DNA of 64,000 nt, taken from positions 1,344,001-1,408,000 of the forward strand of contig OY781092.1 in NCBI GenBank assembly GCA_963676615.1. The letters are read 5' to 3'. How positions within the stretch are numbered: position 1 is the stretch's first letter; every line of letters starts with the position of its first letter. Below, in pieces: positions 40,185-50,517 of this stretch. The position numbers and the translations under genes were made by a program. This DNA comes from Candidatus Cloacimonadota bacterium. Lineage in GTDB: Bacteria; Cloacimonadota; Cloacimonadia; G963667145. The notes under the pieces were generated by a model. It was not told where the DNA came from. It did no database searches and saw nothing but the letters and a program-made list of their open reading frames with translations.

Positions 40185-41500
40185 GGCACCGTCCAAAAAA
40201 GTGTGTCTAATCTCCAATTTGGTTTCCATTTTCTTAACTTTCTGGGAACAAAATTTTGTCAAATTTAAATTGATAAATCGGATAATTCAGATATTTATCG
40301 ACCTTGTCCATCGCGACCTTGCTCAGCAGCAGTAGCACAGACTCATCGCTGGGCATCGAGTTCCTGATTTTCAAAACTTTCCGAAACTGTTTATTCAAAT
40401 TTTCGATCCAATTTGTGGTGTAAATCAGCCGCTGAATTCTGTGGTCAAACTCCAAAAAAGTGAAATAATAAACGACATCGTCTCTGTTTAATAACTTCTT
40501 GGTAAATCGATACTTATCTCCCCATTTTTTCGCAAAATTATCCAAATTTTTCAAAGCAATTTCTTTCGTATAGCGTTCTTGTCCGACGCAAAAAATTTCC
40601 TTCAAATCGTCGCTAATTTCGCTTTTATCACTATTCCTGACCTTAGCTAATAGACTTCTTTTAAAGTGAGTTACACACTTTTGAAATTTCGCATTTTTAA
40701 AAACTTTGCTCACCACATTTTCCAGCCCAACAAGGCCGTCAGCCACGACCAATTTTGTCGTTTGCAAGCCTCGCGATTTTAGGCGATTAAACAAGAATTC
40801 CCAGCCAGCAGCGCTCTCGGTCGGGATATTTTCGAGCGCCAAAATGTCCCGACTTTTGTCCTCTCGGACGCCGATAACCACGCAAAACGCCTCAGTTTCA
40901 ACACTGTCGAGCCGCCTCAATTTGGAATGTATGGCGTCAATCATAATAATCGGATAGTTTTTTTCTAGCGGCCTATTTCGCCAATTTGTCAACAATTCTT
41001 TGAATTCTTGGCTGATATTGCTGATGGTCGATTTTTTGTAATTCGTGCCAAAAACATTTGCGAAAACATTCTCTATGTCTCTGGTAGACAAGCCTTTAGC
41101 ATACAGCTGAAACGCCAATTCTCGTACTTCTTGCTCCTGCTTTTTCAAAATTTCCAAGATAAATGGATAAAATTGACCGAATCTGTCGCGCGGAATTTTG
41201 AATTGAATTTTGCCGCTGAGAGATGAAAAACACCTGCTGCGATAGCCGTTGCCTTTGTTGTTTGAGCTTTTGTTTTCCGCCATAAAAGCCTGTCTTTCCA
41301 GCTTCATAAGGCTGTTAAAAACGAACTCGATCAATTTATTCGCGCCATAATCATTGACATTTTCGTCTAAAATTTTTTGTAGTTGACTTGCGTTAAATCG
41401 CATAAGAATCTCCTTTTTTGTTCTTTTTTTTATAAAAATTGGAGATTCTTTTTTTGTGTCTAGTTTTTTTTGCTGCAGACACACTTTTTTGGACAGTGCC
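40185..41500 (-). mobile_element. IS256-family insertion sequence, complete
   Basis: 24-bp TIRs ggcaccgtccaaaaaagtgtgtct (40185-40208) and agacacacttttttggacagtgcc (41477-41500), one mismatch; 8-bp TSD tcgaaatg at 40177-40184 and 41501-41508. Confidence 0.96.
40234..41403 (-). CDS. IS256-family (Mutator-type DDE) transposase
   Basis: NGYR, IPRDR, GLSTRD, IDA, VADGL.G, QKC..H, YTTNWIE..N. Confidence 0.95.
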   Translation of the reverse strand: MRFNASQLQKILDENVNDYGANKLIEFVFNSLMKLERQAFMAENKSSNNKGNGYRSRCFSSLSGKIQFKIPRDRFGQFYPFILEILKKQEQEVRELAFQLYAKGLSTRDIENVFANVFGTNYKKSTISNISQEFKELLTNWRNRPLEKNYPIIMIDAIHSKLRRLDSVETEAFCVVIGVREDKSRDILALENIPTESAAGWEFLFNRLKSRGLQTTKLVVADGLVGLENVVSKVFKNAKFQKCVTHFKRSLLAKVRNSDKSEISDDLKEIFCVGQERYTKEIALKNLDNFAKKWGDKYRFTKKLLNRDDVVYYFTFLEFDHRIQRLIYTTNWIENLNKQFRKVLKIRNSMPSDESVLLLLSKVAMDKVDKYLNYPIYQFKFDKILFPES

Positions 41501-41942
41501 TCGAAATGTTTGTCGTAAATTTGCAAAGCTACGAATTGCTTGATAATATTTTTAAAGGTGAGATCACTGACCAAGAAGAAATCGGCTTGCAAAACATCAT
41601 CACCGACTGCTGGCAGCTGGCGTATCTGGAGGCGTGCTCGCTTCCCGAGAAACTAAGGATTATGTCGCAGCTGATGGTCAACAAACTGCTCTACAACAAT
41701 CCCGATTTTGAGCAAAAAGATATCGACAACATCGCCTACCTCATCGGGCAGCTCGACGACGAAGAGATTATCGAGATTGTCCAAAAAGTTGAGCCAAAAA
41801 AGCCCGAGGAATTTATGTACCGCTTTTGCTATAAACACGAAGAGCTGGACGACATCAAAAAGGCGATCAAAATCACGGCCACTTTTGTGATAAGGTGGGA
41901 TCAACTGCCAGATGAAGTCCAGGATCAGATAACCCTCTTGAG

Positions 41943-43211
41943 CTAAAAGAACTCCAAAACTTCGCCGACCCAATACAGCGAGCCACACACCACGATCAAA
42001 TCGTCGCCTTCGCACAAACTTTTCGCCTTTTTCAGCGCCGATGGCACAGTCGTCTCGTAGCAATAATTTTTGGTAAATTTCGCCACGACCTCTTTTTGCA
42101 AATCGCCGCCAGCAGCTCTGGAATTGGAATTTTGGCAAAAGACGATACTTTTGGCAGCGCTTGCGATTTTGGCATACATTTTCTCCAGATTTTTGTCCTT
42201 CAAAATCGAAACAACAAAAACCTTCTTCCGCTTTGGGAAAATCTCTTGCAAGCTCTCAACAAGGCTGCTGACGCCCTCTTCGTTGTGTGCGCCGTCCAGC
42301 AAAATCGTCGGATTTTTCGACACAATCTGCATCCTGCCTTGCCAATTTACAGCGCCTAGCCCTTTTTGCAAACTATCAAAATCGAGCGTTTTTTTTCGCT
42401 TTTGCTCGAACAAAGAAAAAGCAGTCAGAGCGCACCCAGCGTTAAACGCCTGATGTTTGCCCAACAAGTTGGTGGTGTATCTGCCTTCAATTCCGCCTGC
42501 AAAGCGATAGTCAAACGATGTGCCGTCTGCGTCTTGGCTGATATTGCTCACGCTAAATTCGCTCCCACATCGATAGACGGTAGAGCCTTTTGCGGCGGCG
42601 ACCCGCTCGATTTCCGCCAAAGCGTTTGCGGGCATTTTGCCAACGACCACTGGCACGCCATTTTTGATAATTCCCGCTTTTTCTTGGGCAATTTTTTCTA
42701 GAGTATCGCCCAAAGATTTTGTGTGGTCGTAGCTGATAGAGGTAATCACCGAAACATCGGGGACAAAAGGGTTTGTGCCGTCTAGCCGACCGCCAAGGCC
42801 GACCTCAAAAATGCTGAAATTGATTTTTTCTTGGGCAAACAGCTCAAAAGCCAAAGCGGTGGTCGTCTCAAAAAAAGACGCCTGATTTTGCTCGAAAATC
42901 TGCTGATGCCGCAAATACAGCTCCATAATCTGCTCATATTTGGCGTTTTTGCCGCAGAGCCGAAACCGCTCCAGATAGTCCACCAAATGTGGCGACGAGT
43001 TGAACCCCGTGCTGTAGCCGCAGCGCAGAGCCAGCGCCTCCAACATCGCACAGACAGAACCTTTGCCGTTCGAGCCCGCAATATGCACGCCAGCAAGCCG
43101 CCGCTGCGGATTGCCCAGCTCACGCAAAATCGCCTCAATTCGCTCCAGTCCTAGCTTGATATTCCCAGAATGGCGCCTATAAATATACTCCAAAAACTCT
43201 TGGTAAGTCAT
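41943..43211 (-). CDS. folC: Folylpolyglutamate synthase / dihydrofolate synthase
   Basis: HIAGSNGKGS, SSPHL, EVGLGGRLD.TN, LDGAHN, GSLY. Confidence 0.96.
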   Translation of the reverse strand: MTYQEFLEYIYRRHSGNIKLGLERIEAILRELGNPQRRLAGVHIAGSNGKGSVCAMLEALALRCGYSTGFNSSPHLVDYLERFRLCGKNAKYEQIMELYLRHQQIFEQNQASFFETTTALAFELFAQEKINFSIFEVGLGGRLDGTNPFVPDVSVITSISYDHTKSLGDTLEKIAQEKAGIIKNGVPVVVGKMPANALAEIERVAAAKGSTVYRCGSEFSVSNISQDADGTSFDYRFAGGIEGRYTTNLLGKHQAFNAGCALTAFSLFEQKRKKTLDFDSLQKGLGAVNWQGRMQIVSKNPTILLDGAHNEEGVSSLVESLQEIFPKRKKVFVVSILKDKNLEKMYAKIASAAKSIVFCQNSNSRAAGGDLQKEVVAKFTKNYCYETTVPSALKKAKSLCEGDDLIVVCGSLYWVGEVLEFF

Positions 43212-44709
43212 TGAAGACAATCTCCTTTTTCGTCTGAGCGTAAAAAGCCCGAAAGTGGTCGCGCGCCATATAAACATCCTCGATGAGATTTATCTTGTTC
43301 TCGATACTCTCCAAAAAATCCCGCTGCGACTCGATAAACTCCTTCATCACTGGATGCAAAATCACATCAAGCTCTTTGCCTTTGGTAAAATACGACACCT
43401 TCCGCAACGAGCGACGCAAATTCACCGCCAGATGCTCCTCCTGCAAAATGCTGCCGACGCCCTGACAAGTCGGGCATTGATAAGTCGAGCGATTCAAAAG
43501 ATTGCGGTTCGCCCGCTTGCGAGAAATCTCCACCAATCCGAGCTTTGAAAAAGGATAGCAAACCGTCTTGTTGCTGTCTTTCTTCAGCTCCCTGCTCAAA
43601 AGCGCAAACACCTCGTCCCGATCCGCACTGTGCACCATATCGATAAAATCGATGATGATAATTCCGCCCAAATTCCGCAACCGAATCTGCCGCACCGCCT
43701 CTCTGGCAGCCTCTTTGTTGATTATCTTGATCGTCGCATCGTAGTTCTTTCCGCTGACAAAACTGCCCGTATTCACATCGATCACCACCAAAGCTTCCGT
43801 CTGCTCAATCTTAATATTTCCACCAGAAGGAAGCGGCACCGACGGCCGCAACGCCTTATCGATCTCCTTTTGCAAATTATACACATCAAACAAAGCGCTC
43901 TGCTGCTCAAAAAGCTCCAGACGCTCCACCAGACACGGCTCAAAAGTCTTCAACTTCTTGCGCAAACTATCCCGCAGTTCCCGATTATCCACAATAATCT
44001 TGTCCGTATCACTGCGCAAAATATCCCGTATCAAAACATTCTGCAAATCGTTCTGATCATACAAACAGCACGGCGACTGACTCTCCTGCGACGCCGAAAT
44101 CTGCTCGTGCGTGCTCCTAAGGAGCTTATACTCGTTGATATAATCCTCACGAGTCTTGCCCAGAGCCTCCGTCCGCACAATAAATCCGAAGCCATCGCCT
44201 TTAAACTCGTCCAAAATCTTGCGAATTTCCGACTTCACCTGCTTATTAACAATTTTTTTGGAAAACCGAATCTTATTTGAATTTGGCAAAAGAATCAGAA
44301 ATCGCCCTGGAATCGAAATCTTGCTAACGACCTTCGCACCCTTATCGCCAACTGGCGCACGCTTCACCTGCACAACAATCTCCGAGCCGGGAAACAGATA
44401 CTTATCGATATTCGCCGAATCCGCATCGTGATACTTCAGCCGTTTGCCAGGCGAGTTGCAATCGTCATCAGAATCCACACAACCCATCACAATATCCTCG
44501 TAATGCAAAAACGCCGTCCGCTTGAGCCCAATATCCACAAAAGCCGAGCCAATTCCAGGCAAAACATCCTTCACAACGCCCTTGTAAACATTACCCAGCA
44601 CAGACTTCTCGTTCTGCTTATCCACCACAAATTCGACAATCTTGTTGTCTTCCAGCAATGCGACCCGACTTCGATCTGGGCACACATTCACTAACACTTC
44701 TCTCTTCAT
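43177..44709 (-). CDS. rng: Ribonuclease G/E family protein
   Basis: S1 domain GNVYKG.V, AFVDIG; TEAL.VIDVNTG, LRNLGGIIIIDFID, CPTC.G. Confidence 0.93.
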   Translation of the reverse strand: MKREVLVNVCPDRSRVALLEDNKIVEFVVDKQNEKSVLGNVYKGVVKDVLPGIGSAFVDIGLKRTAFLHYEDIVMGCVDSDDDCNSPGKRLKYHDADSANIDKYLFPGSEIVVQVKRAPVGDKGAKVVSKISIPGRFLILLPNSNKIRFSKKIVNKQVKSEIRKILDEFKGDGFGFIVRTEALGKTREDYINEYKLLRSTHEQISASQESQSPCCLYDQNDLQNVLIRDILRSDTDKIIVDNRELRDSLRKKLKTFEPCLVERLELFEQQSALFDVYNLQKEIDKALRPSVPLPSGGNIKIEQTEALVVIDVNTGSFVSGKNYDATIKIINKEAAREAVRQIRLRNLGGIIIIDFIDMVHSADRDEVFALLSRELKKDSNKTVCYPFSKLGLVEISRKRANRNLLNRSTYQCPTCQGVGSILQEEHLAVNLRRSLRKVSYFTKGKELDVILHPVMKEFIESQRDFLESIENKINLIEDVYMARDHFRAFYAQTKKEIVFNDLPRVFGVYL

Positions 44710-44793
44710 AGTCAAAAAAACCTTTTCCCTATTCCAACCAAAAAAGCTTGGAACAAAATTTTATTTTTATCGAAAAAGCGACAACCGCTTCGA

Positions 44794-46149
44794 TTATTTA
44801 CCGATACAAAAATTCGCAAAAATACTGTGCAAAATATCCTCGCTGCTCACGGAACCGACCATCTGCTCGAGGCTCCCGCTGGCGAGTTTTAGCTCAAAAG
44901 CAATAAACTCAAAACCCAAATCGTCGTCAATAGTTTGCAGCACCTTTTGCAAATACTGAATGCAACTGCTCACACAGCCCTTTTGCCGTGCCGAGCTGAC
45001 AATCCCGCTCTCCAGCTCTTGCCCTGCGCTCTGCAGCCTTGCCAAAAGCTCCTGCCGTATCTGCGACAAACCGCCAGCTTCCACCGCCGAACTCAGCAAA
45101 AGCCCACTCCTGCTGGCTTGCTGCCTCTGCTCTGGCGAAAGCAAATCCGCTTTGTTAAAAATCTTTCGCACCTTTTGCAAATCGACATCACTGGGCAAAT
45201 CCTGAAAATCGACATCTGGGCTGCCCACGCTCAAAACAAGATGAGCCTCCCGCAAAAGCTCCAACGAGCGGCTTATCCCCTCTTGCTCGATCTCGCAATC
45301 TGTCTGGCGCAAACCAGCCGTGTCATACACTCGCACCAAAAAACCGTCCAGCGAGATAACCTCCTCCAGATAGTCCCTCGTCGTGCCTGCCACTGGCGTC
45401 ACAATCGCCCGATTATTCGCCAAAAGCGCATTAAAAATACTCGACTTGCCCGCATTCGCGCCACCAATCAGCACAACCCGAAAGCCGTCTTTAATCATCA
45501 CGCCGTCGTCCGCGCGCGAAAGCAAATCTTGCAGCTCCTGCTTAATCTGCAAAATCTTCTGCCGAAACTCCGCCAAATCGACCTGCTGCAAGCCTTGCTC
45601 CAAAAAATCTATCTCCAGCTCCAGCTCCGCTCGACGCTCCGAGAGCTCCTGCAAAATCTGGCTAATCTTCGCAAAAAGTTTCCCCTGATACTGCCCAACA
45701 GCCAGCTGGTGCGACTTCGCCGTCTTCGCTTTGATCAGATCGTCCACCGACTCCGCTTTGGTCAAATCCATCTTCCCGTGCAAAAAAGCCCGCTTAGTGA
45801 ACTCGCCCGCAGTAGCAATCCTCGCCTTCCGCAAAAGGCACTCCATCACTTTGCCATAAATATAGCTGCTGCCGTGCATACAAATCTCGACCAAATCCTC
45901 GCCCGTGTAGCTGGCAGGTGCGCGATAAACCGTCGCCACCACCTCGTCCACAAACTGCGTGCCGTCGTAAAATTTGCCCACACAAGCCTTGCTGGCAGGG
46001 ACTTCCGCAAGAGGCGACTTTCCCACAAAAAAGCTATCAACAACCGTAATCGCCTGCTTGCCCGACACCCGCACCATAGCAATCGCCCCCATCCCCTTTG
46101 CCGTGGCTAGAGCCGCGATAGTGTCAAAACTGCTGCCAAAATTCGCCAT
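44794..46149 (-). CDS. mnmE: tRNA modification GTPase MnmE
   Basis: DTIAALAT, SYTGED, NAGKSS, GTTRD, DTAG, NKAD, C-terminal FCIGK. Confidence 0.97.
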   Translation of the reverse strand: MANFGSSFDTIAALATAKGMGAIAMVRVSGKQAITVVDSFFVGKSPLAEVPASKACVGKFYDGTQFVDEVVATVYRAPASYTGEDLVEICMHGSSYIYGKVMECLLRKARIATAGEFTKRAFLHGKMDLTKAESVDDLIKAKTAKSHQLAVGQYQGKLFAKISQILQELSERRAELELEIDFLEQGLQQVDLAEFRQKILQIKQELQDLLSRADDGVMIKDGFRVVLIGGANAGKSSIFNALLANNRAIVTPVAGTTRDYLEEVISLDGFLVRVYDTAGLRQTDCEIEQEGISRSLELLREAHLVLSVGSPDVDFQDLPSDVDLQKVRKIFNKADLLSPEQRQQASRSGLLLSSAVEAGGLSQIRQELLARLQSAGQELESGIVSSARQKGCVSSCIQYLQKVLQTIDDDLGFEFIAFELKLASGSLEQMVGSVSSEDILHSIFANFCIGK

Positions 46150-46158
46150 AATCCCCAG

Positions 46159-47340
46159 CTAAAAATCCCGCTTAATGATGCAATCCTCGCCCACAGCAAG
46201 CTCGACGCCCTTCTCCCTAGCCTGCACAACTTCCCGCAGATTGTAAATCGCAATCTCCACTCCCTGGTGCAAAATGCCCGAAATCCGCAAAAACTTCTCC
46301 TCAACTTGCCGAAGATCATACGAGCGATAAACGGCGTCCTCCAGCCTGCGATCAAACCGAGCAATCTCGCTGGCAATCTCGGCATTTTTTTCCGCCTTGG
46401 CATAATACTGCTTGCTCAGCTCCTCCAGCCGATACTTGGAATACGGCAACACGCCGATACTCAGCGACATCGGCAAATCGACGCTATTGCCCACATTCGC
46501 ACAAATCAAAAAATCGCCCAACTCCACAGATCCCGACTTAATCACGCTGACGCTCGAGTCGCTCACCACGCTCTTTTCGCAAACAATCTTGCAGTCGCTA
46601 AGCCCCGTGCCAAAAAAGATATTGCCGCCACAAATCAGCGTGGAGCCCGTCGCCGCAGCCAAACTGGCGTCTTTGCGCACCTCCACAAAAGAGCCCTCCA
46701 TCACATTCTTGTGCACCACCAAAATATCGTGCACCTTCACCCTGCTGGCGCAAATGCTGCCGTGCACCACCAACTTGCCGACCACCTCGATTTTGGAATT
46801 TAGCACATTGCCAAAAACCTCCAAATCGCCATAAAACGGCTCCTCAACCTCCTGCACCAAATCTTTTTCAATCGTAAACTTATCCCGCACATTCAGCCGA
46901 TGCTTCTCGTCTTGATACGGGCAACCGTCTTTACCCGCAAAAATTCCGCCATTTTTGTAATAGGTGTTATCGCCCAAAAAATGCTCGTTCACGAACTTTT
47001 GCACATAAAAATCTTTATCGCCAAAACAACACAACCGCTGACCATCAAAGCTCACGCTCGCCAAAAGCGAATCTTTTTTCACATAATCCAGATCTTTCTC
47101 CAGCAGATAATCCACCTCTTTCGCCTTTGTAGCCGCCCGTTTTGCCAGCGGAAAATCTTTGCCAAAGCCATCGCTCTTGCACCGCAACAAATCCTCCTGT
47201 CGCACGCCCGCTCGCTGCAAAAGCTCCTTTAGCTCCGCCTCATCTTTGAACTCATCCAAATTTTTAACCTGCAAACACGCACTCTGGCAGCTCTCGTCCA
47301 CCTTCAGCAAAAAATTTTGCGACTCAAAAACTTGTTCCAT
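46159..47340 (-). CDS. DUF342/FapA-like beta-helix protein
   Basis: Repeated G.(L/V).V.G beta-helix turns followed by a coiled coil and G.LH.GV.I.I tail. Confidence 0.6.
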   Translation of the reverse strand: MEQVFESQNFLLKVDESCQSACLQVKNLDEFKDEAELKELLQRAGVRQEDLLRCKSDGFGKDFPLAKRAATKAKEVDYLLEKDLDYVKKDSLLASVSFDGQRLCCFGDKDFYVQKFVNEHFLGDNTYYKNGGIFAGKDGCPYQDEKHRLNVRDKFTIEKDLVQEVEEPFYGDLEVFGNVLNSKIEVVGKLVVHGSICASRVKVHDILVVHKNVMEGSFVEVRKDASLAAATGSTLICGGNIFFGTGLSDCKIVCEKSVVSDSSVSVIKSGSVELGDFLICANVGNSVDLPMSLSIGVLPYSKYRLEELSKQYYAKAEKNAEIASEIARFDRRLEDAVYRSYDLRQVEEKFLRISGILHQGVEIAIYNLREVVQAREKGVELAVGEDCIIKRDF

Positions 47341-47992
47341 CTAACACTCCTATCGCCGACAATTGTCGCCCGCAGTTTTTATCCTCTCGATACGAAAAAT
47401 ATCGCTCGCTCGAAAAAGTGCACTCCTGATTGCACTGCAAATTCTCTCTTCGCACGCCAGAGCGCAACAAATCTTCTACAATCACACGCCGCAAATCCAG
47501 ATGGCGCGCAATCGGCTGAGCCACCTTCGTCTTTGCCACGAAATCGTCATAAACTTCGCCCGACACCTCATAATGCTGGGCGCTCACGCCCGGACCAATC
47601 AACACTTGCAAATCCGCAACGCTGCTCCCATACTCCAGCCTCATCCTCTGCAACACCTGCACACAAATCGACATCTGCGTGCCTTTGCGCCCGCTATGAG
47701 CGGCAGCCACCACCTGTTTTGCTGGGTCATAAAACAAAATCGGCACACAATCTGCGCCTTTCACCACCAGCAAAATATCCTTGCGATTCGTGCAAATCGC
47801 ATCCACCACAGGCAACGCTGGCTTGGTAAAACCACAGCCCAAATCCTCATCGGCAACGACCCTCACCTTGTCCGAATGCGTCTGCTCCATCAAAACCAGC
47901 CGAGCAGCATCCACACCCCACAACTCGCCACGGCGACGCACCGCCTCCAGCGAATCGCTCTTATCGCCAAACCGCCAAAAAATCTCGCTCAT
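47324..47992 (-). CDS. pgeF: PgeF/YfiH purine nucleoside phosphorylase-like protein
   Basis: QTHS, ADCVPI, AAHSG..G, IGP, CT....YFSYR. Confidence 0.92.
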   Translation of the reverse strand: MSEIFWRFGDKSDSLEAVRRRGELWGVDAARLVLMEQTHSDKVRVVADEDLGCGFTKPALPVVDAICTNRKDILLVVKGADCVPILFYDPAKQVVAAAHSGRKGTQMSICVQVLQRMRLEYGSSVADLQVLIGPGVSAQHYEVSGEVYDDFVAKTKVAQPIARHLDLRRVIVEDLLRSGVRRENLQCNQECTFSSERYFSYREDKNCGRQLSAIGVLDGTSF

Positions 47993-47996
47993 AAAC

Positions 47997-48992
47997 CTAT
48001 TTGCCCCTAATCTTCTTGATTTTCCGCAAATGCTCGTCGTAGGTCTTAGAAAACGAGTGATGTCCACCGCCAGAAGCCACAAAATAGAAAAAATCGCTCA
48101 CTTCTGGCTGCAACACCGCCTGAATGCCCGAAACCGTCGGGCTGCAAATCGGCGTTGGCGGCAACCCCGCATACAGATAAGTGTTATACGGCGAGTCGAT
48201 TTTCAAATCGTTATAAAAAACCCGCTTGCGCACTTTGCCGCGCTTCTCCAAAAAATAAACAATCGTCGGATCCGCCTGCAACCGCTGTCCAACAGCCAAC
48301 CGATTGAGGTAAACGCTGGCAATCAGCGGCTTCTCCGCAAAAATCACCGACTCCTTGTCCACAATCGACGCCAAAGTCAGCACCTGATAAAAATCCAGAC
48401 TCTTCTGCCCCAAAAAATCGAGCCCCGTGGTCAACTGGTAAAAATGCTTCACGATATACGAAAGCAACTCTTTACCCGAAATATCGTCCGCAAAAAAGTA
48501 GGTCTCGGGATAGACAAACCCCTCCAAAGACGCAAGCTGCAGCCCCGTGAGGCTATCGATAAAACTCTGGTCGTGCGCCAAAGAGTCCAGCTCTGCGCGA
48601 CTCACCAGCCCGCTCTCTGCGATCTGCTCCAGACTCTCGGCAAGCGAACTCCCCTCGCGAATCGTCACCTTTGAGAGAAACACCCTGCCCGAGAGCAGCA
48701 CATCCACAACCTGCGGCATACTCTTTTCACCCTCAAAAAGATACTTGCCAAACGACAGCCGCTTATCAAACCCACTCAGCCGCACATACAAATAAAAAAA
48801 GAACCGACTCTTAATCAGCCCATTTTCATACAAAATCTCCGAAATCTGACTCGCCGAAGAGTTCTTTGGGATTTGCACAATCTTTTTCGGAATATCTATC
48901 GGCATGACCAACCACCAAACTCCGCCAGCCACAGCCAAAAAAATCAGCAAACAAATCCCGCCCAAAAACAACAACTTACTTCGCCGCATCAT
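47997..48992 (-). CDS. mltG: Endolytic transglycosylase MltG
   Basis: N-terminal TM, LEG..YPETY, ASIV.KE, LQADPT, SPYNTY...GLPPTPI. Confidence 0.95.
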   Translation of the reverse strand: MMRRSKLLFLGGICLLIFLAVAGGVWWLVMPIDIPKKIVQIPKNSSASQISEILYENGLIKSRFFFYLYVRLSGFDKRLSFGKYLFEGEKSMPQVVDVLLSGRVFLSKVTIREGSSLAESLEQIAESGLVSRAELDSLAHDQSFIDSLTGLQLASLEGFVYPETYFFADDISGKELLSYIVKHFYQLTTGLDFLGQKSLDFYQVLTLASIVDKESVIFAEKPLIASVYLNRLAVGQRLQADPTIVYFLEKRGKVRKRVFYNDLKIDSPYNTYLYAGLPPTPICSPTVSGIQAVLQPEVSDFFYFVASGGGHHSFSKTYDEHLRKIKKIRGK

Positions 48993-49396
48993 CTTTTGCT
49001 ATCCAAAAATCTATCCAAAATCTCCGCCGCCGCATACATATCTAGCTTCCCCTTTACCTGCTGATCGCTCACGCCCTTTTTCGCCAACTTCGCCCGTGCC
49101 TCCACAGAAGAAAAAGACTCATCATAAAACTCCATCGGCAGCGCAAACTTCGCCCGCAACTCCCTTGCAAACATCTCCACCTGCGCACACTTCTGCGTGC
49201 GCTCGCCCTCTGCATCATACGGCATTCCCACGACCATTCTCTCGCATCGGAACTCCGCCAAAATTTTGGCAAACTCCCCGAAGAAATCGTCGCCACTAGG
49301 CAACACCGCAAGCGGCTTTGCAAACATCTGCAAAGGGTCCGACACCGCAACGCCTATGCGCTTTTCGCCATAATCCACACAAACGACCCTGCTCAC
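48989..49396 (-). CDS. ruvX: YqgF/RuvX pre-16S rRNA nuclease
   Basis: DYGEKRIGVAVSD, VVGMP, DE..SS..A, D..AA..IL. Confidence 0.94.
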   Translation of the reverse strand: MSRVVCVDYGEKRIGVAVSDPLQMFAKPLAVLPSGDDFFGEFAKILAEFRCERMVVGMPYDAEGERTQKCAQVEMFARELRAKFALPMEFYDESFSSVEARAKLAKKGVSDQQVKGKLDMYAAAEILDRFLDSKR

Positions 49397-49686
49397 TTAG
49401 CTTGCTCAATCTCCTTCTCCAGCTCCCGAACCTTCTTCGTCAAAAGCCGCACTCGCTCCAATCGCCTCTTGAGCTTATCGCTCTTCACAAAATTCTCCAA
49501 ATCGTCCTGATTTTTGAGCATCATCCGCCCGATGCGCGCGTGCTGCTTATACACCGACGACGCCAGCGAATTTTTCTTAAACCGAAGATTTGAAATCCTC
49601 ATAATCTTCTCAACTTTCTTGCTCACAACCGAAAAAGAGTGATTGGCACGCTCCTTAAAATTCTCAAAATTCTCTTTCTTCACCAT
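49393..49686 (-). CDS. Hypothetical coiled-coil protein
   Basis: GGAGGAG RBS; coupled to ruvX within the operon. Confidence 0.7.
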   Translation of the reverse strand: MVKKENFENFKERANHSFSVVSKKVEKIMRISNLRFKKNSLASSVYKQHARIGRMMLKNQDDLENFVKSDKLKRRLERVRLLTKKVRELEKEIEQAK

Positions 49687-49695
49687 AATCTCCTC

Positions 49696-50496
49696 CTAAC
49701 TCTCATCTTTTTTCATCTTCTTAATCTTATTCGTGCAATCCTGCATCGCTCTTTGCACAGCAGAAGCAAAACCCTCTTGCTGCAACCGCAAAACAGCCTC
49801 AATCGTGCTGCCGCCAGGACTGCAAACTTTGTCCTGCAACACTGCAGGATGTTCCTTACTGCTCAAAACCATCTTCGCTGAACCAAGCACCGTCTGTGCC
49901 GCCAGCTCATACGCATCGTCTGCCGAAAAGCCCTGCTCCACACCAGCCTCTCCCATCGCCCTTATGAGCAAATACACATACGCAGGAGCGCTCCCACTGA
50001 TAGCTGGCACAGCGTCCATCAACTTTGGCGACACTTTTTTGGCAAGACCAAGCCCCGCAAAAAGATTGTGCACAAACTGCTCTTCGCTAGCCGAAACACC
50101 CGCACCGCAATAGTAGCAACACACGCCCTGACGCACCATCATCGGCGTGTTGGGCATCGCCACCACAAACCTCTGCAACTTTGCGGCTTCGCTCTCCGCC
50201 AAAAAGCTCTCCAGCCTCTTCGCATCGACTCCCGCGGCGATACTCACCAGCAAATGCTCCGCACGCAAAAAACCCGCTAGCTGTCCACAAACAGCCCCAC
50301 AAACCTGCGGCTTTACCGCCAAAAACAGCGTCTGTGCCCATTGCGCCAAATCCGGCAAACTCGCAAACTTGCGAAAATCCGCATTCTCCACCGCAGGATC
50401 AAAAAAGCCAACCTCAACATCCGAGTTGCTCTGCGCAAAACCTCTCGCCAAAGCTAGCCCCATATTTCCCAGTCCCAAAAAACCAATCTTCTTCAA
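49696..50496 (-). CDS. proC: Pyrroline-5-carboxylate reductase
   Basis: GFLGLGNMG, AVKPQ, MPNTP, SGSAPAY, VCSPGGST. Confidence 0.96.
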   Translation of the reverse strand: MKKIGFLGLGNMGLALARGFAQSNSDVEVGFFDPAVENADFRKFASLPDLAQWAQTLFLAVKPQVCGAVCGQLAGFLRAEHLLVSIAAGVDAKRLESFLAESEAAKLQRFVVAMPNTPMMVRQGVCCYYCGAGVSASEEQFVHNLFAGLGLAKKVSPKLMDAVPAISGSAPAYVYLLIRAMGEAGVEQGFSADDAYELAAQTVLGSAKMVLSSKEHPAVLQDKVCSPGGSTIEAVLRLQQEGFASAVQRAMQDCTNKIKKMKKDES

Positions 50497-50517
50497 AACT
50501 CCTCCATCAACTTTTTT

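Larger units (their letters stand above)
39732..41946 (+). pseudogene. Hypothetical protein with Lys/Ala/Thr-rich tract, interrupted by IS256
   Basis: Removing 40185-41508 joins ...TLEELIEM to FVVNLQSY... in frame, giving about 296 aa. Confidence 0.85.
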
